A stretch of DNA of 64,000 bases from Monocercomonoides exilis PA203. Taxonomy: Eukaryota; Protista; Preaxostyla. The notes below the pieces were generated by a model. The model ran no database searches, was not told where the DNA came from, and saw nothing but the letters and a program-made list of their open reading frames with translations. A program made the position numbers and the translations under genes. Below are positions 59,359-64,000 of this stretch, piece by piece. Each line of letters opens with the position of its first letter. The first letter of the stretch is position 1. The DNA lies in assembly GCA_001643675.2 (NCBI GenBank), contig LSRY02000039.1:310001-374000 (forward strand), in the 5' to 3' direction.

Positions 59359-62300
59359 CGTCTCAGCCTCAGCAACAGATGCTGCAAGTGCAGAACCAGA
59401 TGTCTCCAATGCAGAGCGATGCACTTCAACCAGCACCTTCACTCCAACAGCAGCAACAGCAGCAGCAACCACAACCACAGCCACAACAAACGATGCTAAT
59501 GTCTTCTGCACAATCACCTTCTCAGACTCAACCTCAAAATCAACCTCAGCCTCAATCACAGTCTCAATCACAATCTCTTCTTCAACCACAACTGCAGGCA
59601 CCTCAACAACAACAACAACAGCCTCAACAACAGAACATGCACAACCCCCCTCCACTTCAGCAGCCTACGATGCATCCAATGCTGCCTCAGCAAATGAATG
59701 CAACTGGAAACATGGGACTTTTACCAACTGCAACTGCATCATCTCTTCTGCCCCAGCAGCAGATGAACAACACAACCATGTCACCGAATGCTCCATTGCC
59801 TGCTTCAGCGCCAGCAACATCGCCTCCAAGCGCAGCAAACACCACAAATACCGCAAGCCAACCTGCATCTATTCCTTCGAATTCTCCTTCGCAGCCGCAG
59901 ATGCCAATGAACAAGCAAGGGCAGACGCACATGGCTCCTCAGCTGGCATCAACGCCTCCTCCGCATTCATCTGCTGCCTCCCCTTCGTTTGTTCCTCCAT
60001 CTCCTGCTCCTTCCTCTGTCACATCAATGCAAAATCTCCAGACGCAACAACAACAACAGCAGCAGCCTCCGCAGCCGCAACAGCAGCAACAACAACAACC
60101 TTCTCCTCAAACCACCTCTCAAACACCTGGCCGTCCTGTCAGCACGAATTCCTTCCCTCCCGTCAATGCACAGCAGACAGCGACTTCACCTGGCATCAAC
60201 TCACTTCAGTCGCTTGCAGCATCACAACAATACTTGCTAGCCCAGCAGCAGTTACCGCAGCAGTTACAGCAGCTGATGCCTCAGATGGGGATAAATACAC
60301 AAGGCTCTGCTCTTCTTTCCTTTGTACCTGGAACGCCTGCACAACAACAACAGCAGCAGCAGAACCTTCAGCAGCAACACCCACAACAGCTGCAGCAGCA
60401 GGCAGCCTCGTCGCCAGTGGCAGCAGGATCACAGTTTGCGTATTCGCCTTCACAGCCACCGCCCACTCAGCATCCTTCTCTGCCTCATCAGCAACAGCAG
60501 CAGCAACAAAGTCAACAACAGAATCAACAACAGAATCAACAACAACAACAAAACATTCAAAAACAACAGCAAGTGCAACAGAACCAACAGAATCAGCAAG
60601 CTTCTCAGCAGACTCAACAACAACAGCAGCAGCAACATGGATTGATAGCATTACCAGCTGCACAAAACATTGCACCACCACATCCAGGTGACCAACAAAA
60701 CGTTGCTCTTCCTACGCAACAACAGCAGCAACAACAACAACTTCAGCAATCCCAACAGACACCCCAGACACAGTCTGCACTTCCTTTGCCTCCTGCTCAA
60801 GCAACTCTGACGCAGATGTCAGTACAGCCATCGTCCATCCTTCCGCAGCCGGGAACAACACTCAACCCTCAGCAAAATGTCACTTTCACTCTCCCGCCTG
60901 ACCAAAATCTCATGAATCTGCTTGCGAGCACTGGATTTATCATTCCGAATAATGCAATGCTCACCCAGTGGGCAGGCCAGCCTGCGATTGCACAATACGC
61001 CAATCCAGGTTTGAATGGACAGGTGGTGTATCAGCTCGGTACATCTCTGTCAAATTTAAACTTCATGCAGCATCCGTTTCATGTGCAGCAGTTGTTTCAG
61101 CCTGTTCAACAACAACAGCCACAACAACAGCCACAACAACAACAGCAGCAGCAGCAGCAACAACAACAACAACAACAACAACAACTCTTGCAAACACCAA
61201 CACAACACAGAGAAGAAGGAAGTGGAGAGCATCCAGCAGAACAACAACAACAACAGCAACAACAACAGCAACAACAGGACAATCAAGATGAGCAGAGACA
61301 GAATGGATCTAAAGCAGGTTCTGCTGAAAGTACACAAAGACACGCAGATGGCACGCCCATAGATCGAGAAAAGGAGTCTGAGTGGTCACAGCAGTCAGAG
61401 CGAGATTCAGAAGCAAGTGAGCACACGAAGGAGCTTCAGCCTGCAAATTCGCAGTATCTTCTTCCACAGCCGACGGTGCCTGGCCAAGCAAGCACAGCAA
61501 TGTCGCCAGCTGAAGCATCGCCACAGGCACAACATCAGGCTCTGTCTGTTCCACCGATGCCGCAGCTTTCTCAGCAGCAGCAACTGCAACTGCAACAGCA
61601 AATGATGCAGGCGCAGGCAGCTCATTTGATATATCAGCCATCATTCCCGATGTTTCAGTTGTTTCCACAAGCGCTGGCAGCAGGACAGAAAGGAGGTGCA
61701 ATACCAGAAGCGATGTATGCTCAGCTGCAGCATCAGATACAGTCTCAGCCAGCACAGTCAAATAGCTATCCCATGATGTCACTACTCCAAGGAGCCCCTT
61801 ATTTACCCCCACCTCCACAACGTCAGGCACAGCTGGCACTTCCTGGAGGAGATAGTTCTGCCTCAGGTGCCGCGCAGAATGCAGCTGGTGGTGCAATCGC
61901 CGGCAGCGGACAAGCAGCTGGCAGCAATGTGCAGGCGCAGCCTCCTACACAGCTTACGGTGCTGCCTCATGCAGGCTTTCCTTTTTCCTTTGGGGCATAT
62001 GGGGCTAATGCCTATTTCACAACCCCACAGCCGATGGGGCAGATAAGTTACCAGCAATCTCTTGGGCAGGCCCAGCAGCAGCAGCAACAACAGACACAAC
62101 AACAGCAGCAAATTCAAGCACTGAACCAAGCTCAATCTCAGCCCCAGCAACAGAATCAGCAGCAACCCCAGCTACAGGCACAAACACAGATACAGTCGCA
62201 ACCGCAACTTCATGCACAACCTCTGCCTCAGCTTCAGTCTCAGCCACAGCCTCCTTCTCAGCTATTGCCTCAACCGCAGCAGATGCAACAACCGCAGAAT

Positions 62301-63173
62301 CAACAGCTGTATCATACGCCAACTGCTCAGATGCAGGCACCCATGAATCTTCTTGGGGTGCCTCAAAGCAACACACAGCAGCCAAGCTCCAATTTGCCTG
62401 TTGAAGGCAGCGGAGGGACAGGCGGCATTGGGCTGCCTTTGGATCAGCAGCAGCAACAGCAGCAGCAACAGATGCAGCTGCCAGCTGGAATTCATCAGAT
62501 GGGCACACTTGCAGCATCACAGTTTGCTGGTGCTCCATCGCCAGCGCAGCAGCAAAAGGAAAGCATTCTCGGAATGGGGCCGCAGGCTCCCGTTTCTTCG
62601 GATCCTCTTTTTCCGCAGCCGCAATCAACTGAAAGACGAGGAAGCTTGCAGGTTCTGGATCACTTAGGATCTGTTGCATCGGCTTCTGCGTCTTCTCCGC
62701 AAGCGATTGGTTTGGGTCCAACAGGAGGCATTTCAGCAAGCACTCCTTCGCTTGCCCAAACACCAGCACTCGCATCTGTTCCACAGCCAGAGCATTCACT
62801 GCCGCAGATGCCATATCAAGGGCAGCAGATGAATAAAATGCACAGCCAATCGCATATGGAGACATACACATCAATTTCACAACATTCGAATCAGGCACCG
62901 AGCCTGACGGCATCACCATCACCAACACCACCACCTCGCCCTCCTTCTTCTTCTTCCATATCATCCTCTAACACATACTATCAACGCCACACTGGAGTCA
63001 ACCAGACAGGCAGAGAACGACCTGAGAGAAGCGGAGGAGGAGGGAGAGGCCATCCAGCAGGAGACGATGGAAGGATATACAGCGGAAAGATGAATAGAGG
63101 AAGGCAAAGCACTGGAAACACATCGACTTCTGGAGGGGGAAGAGGGCAGCATAGGAAGCATCCTAATCAGTGA
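51926..63173 (+). CDS. Giant (~3,600 aa) protein: N-terminal DUF3825-like domain, charged and His-rich linkers, PAM2 motif, Q/P-rich region, RG-containing tail
   Basis: Four exons (introns 52088-52211, ~52375-52449, ~52640-52753) splice in frame into the 3466-aa ORF. Motifs: NYLEF..YMIFNTGL..DIYILLE, QAAEVSQRRAK..EIIP, FIIPVCL..PDFALAL..YDVSGLLTLEQSFFGASLLCRVDSLWL; PAM2-like SLSANAATFVP at 59169-59201. Confidence 0.8.
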
Positions 63174-64000
63174 GTTTTTCTTGACTTCGCTTCTTTCAAA
63201 TAAAAATTCGGTTTTCAATTTGATCAAAGAATTTTGCAATCCTTTTTTTAATTGTTTTTTATTATTATTTCTCACTTCAATCTTAATTGTTTAAGGCAAT
63301 ACAAAAAAAAAAACTAATTAATAATGATCATTTTTCATATGAATTAATTAAATTTTCGAACAAAATTATGATTCTATATTCATATTTATCACTCATTATT
63401 CATGTTTGAAGATTTGTTATTCTTTCATTCTGAATTCCGCAAAACATAAAGAATTTATTTTTTTATAAAAATGTTAATAAAAAACATATTGAATATTCAT
63501 TTTTTATGAGTAACTTTTAATAAGCTGTTTTTGAGTAAAATCACAGAAATTAAAATTGAGAAAATGAAGTTCAGTAACAACTTTCCATTTGAACCGTTCA
63601 TATATTGAAAAAATGATAAAATTAACTTGTTTCTTATTGTCAGATTCAAATCACGAATTGCATTTCCAGAAGCTTTTGTTTCAATGTATATCTTTCTCTT
63701 ATCTTTTTCATGTTATGCCAATGCTTTGCCCGGATAGACTTTGTTCCATCTTTTCTTGTATATCCAAAAAGGCGAGCTGAAGGGCTAACTAACTTTTCTG
63801 ATCCGAATGTGGATACCATTTTTGTTAGTCGGTGCAGCTGTTAACACACTTGAAGACTTATCTGAAAAAGAAATTTGTTGTTAGGGCATTTCTAAATTCG
63901 TCACTTCTCTATGCACCTTTTGTATTCCTCACCCGCTTCATCCATCTTTATGTGAAATCGAAGCGAAGAAGGAAGAAGAAGATAATTGGTAAGCATCGTC

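Noticed and set aside
63589-64000. Possible minus-strand gene or pseudogene fragment at the window end
   Set aside because: Slightly coding-like, but the frames I translated contain stops and no motif is recognisable; needs the next window.

Overview
AT-rich, intron-rich eukaryotic DNA using the standard code, with mostly 50-70 nt GT-AG introns and proteins swollen by poly-Ser/Glu/Lys/Gln tracts. Gene content and style suggest an anaerobic oxymonad such as Monocercomonoides (inference). About 16 genes are supported: ADP-forming acetyl-CoA synthetase, an F-BAR/2xSH3 protein, fimbrin, a GPR137/TOM1-like 7TM protein, ACBP, a SPRY-like protein, a PTB/hnRNP-L protein, proteasome alpha-2, a variant histone H4, a giant SRPK kinase, a ~3,600-aa Q-rich protein and several hypotheticals. 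Main highlights: (1) A 7-kb hAT transposon (17-bp perfect TIRs, 8-bp TSD, nonsense-inactivated transposase, host-gene-like cargo) sits inside the right ~112-bp TIR of an older TGT...ACA element that contains telomere-like repeats. (2) The giant Q-rich protein appears to join a DUF3825-like domain, known mainly from bacteria, to a PAM2 motif and RG tail, making it a candidate new RNA-granule factor. (3) Intragenic inverted duplications make a Ser-rich tract the reverse complement of a Glu/Asp-rich tract in the same CDS (52-nt perfect match in SRPK), and one long intron has ends that base-pair. Family assignments come from recognising motifs by eye; no searches were run.
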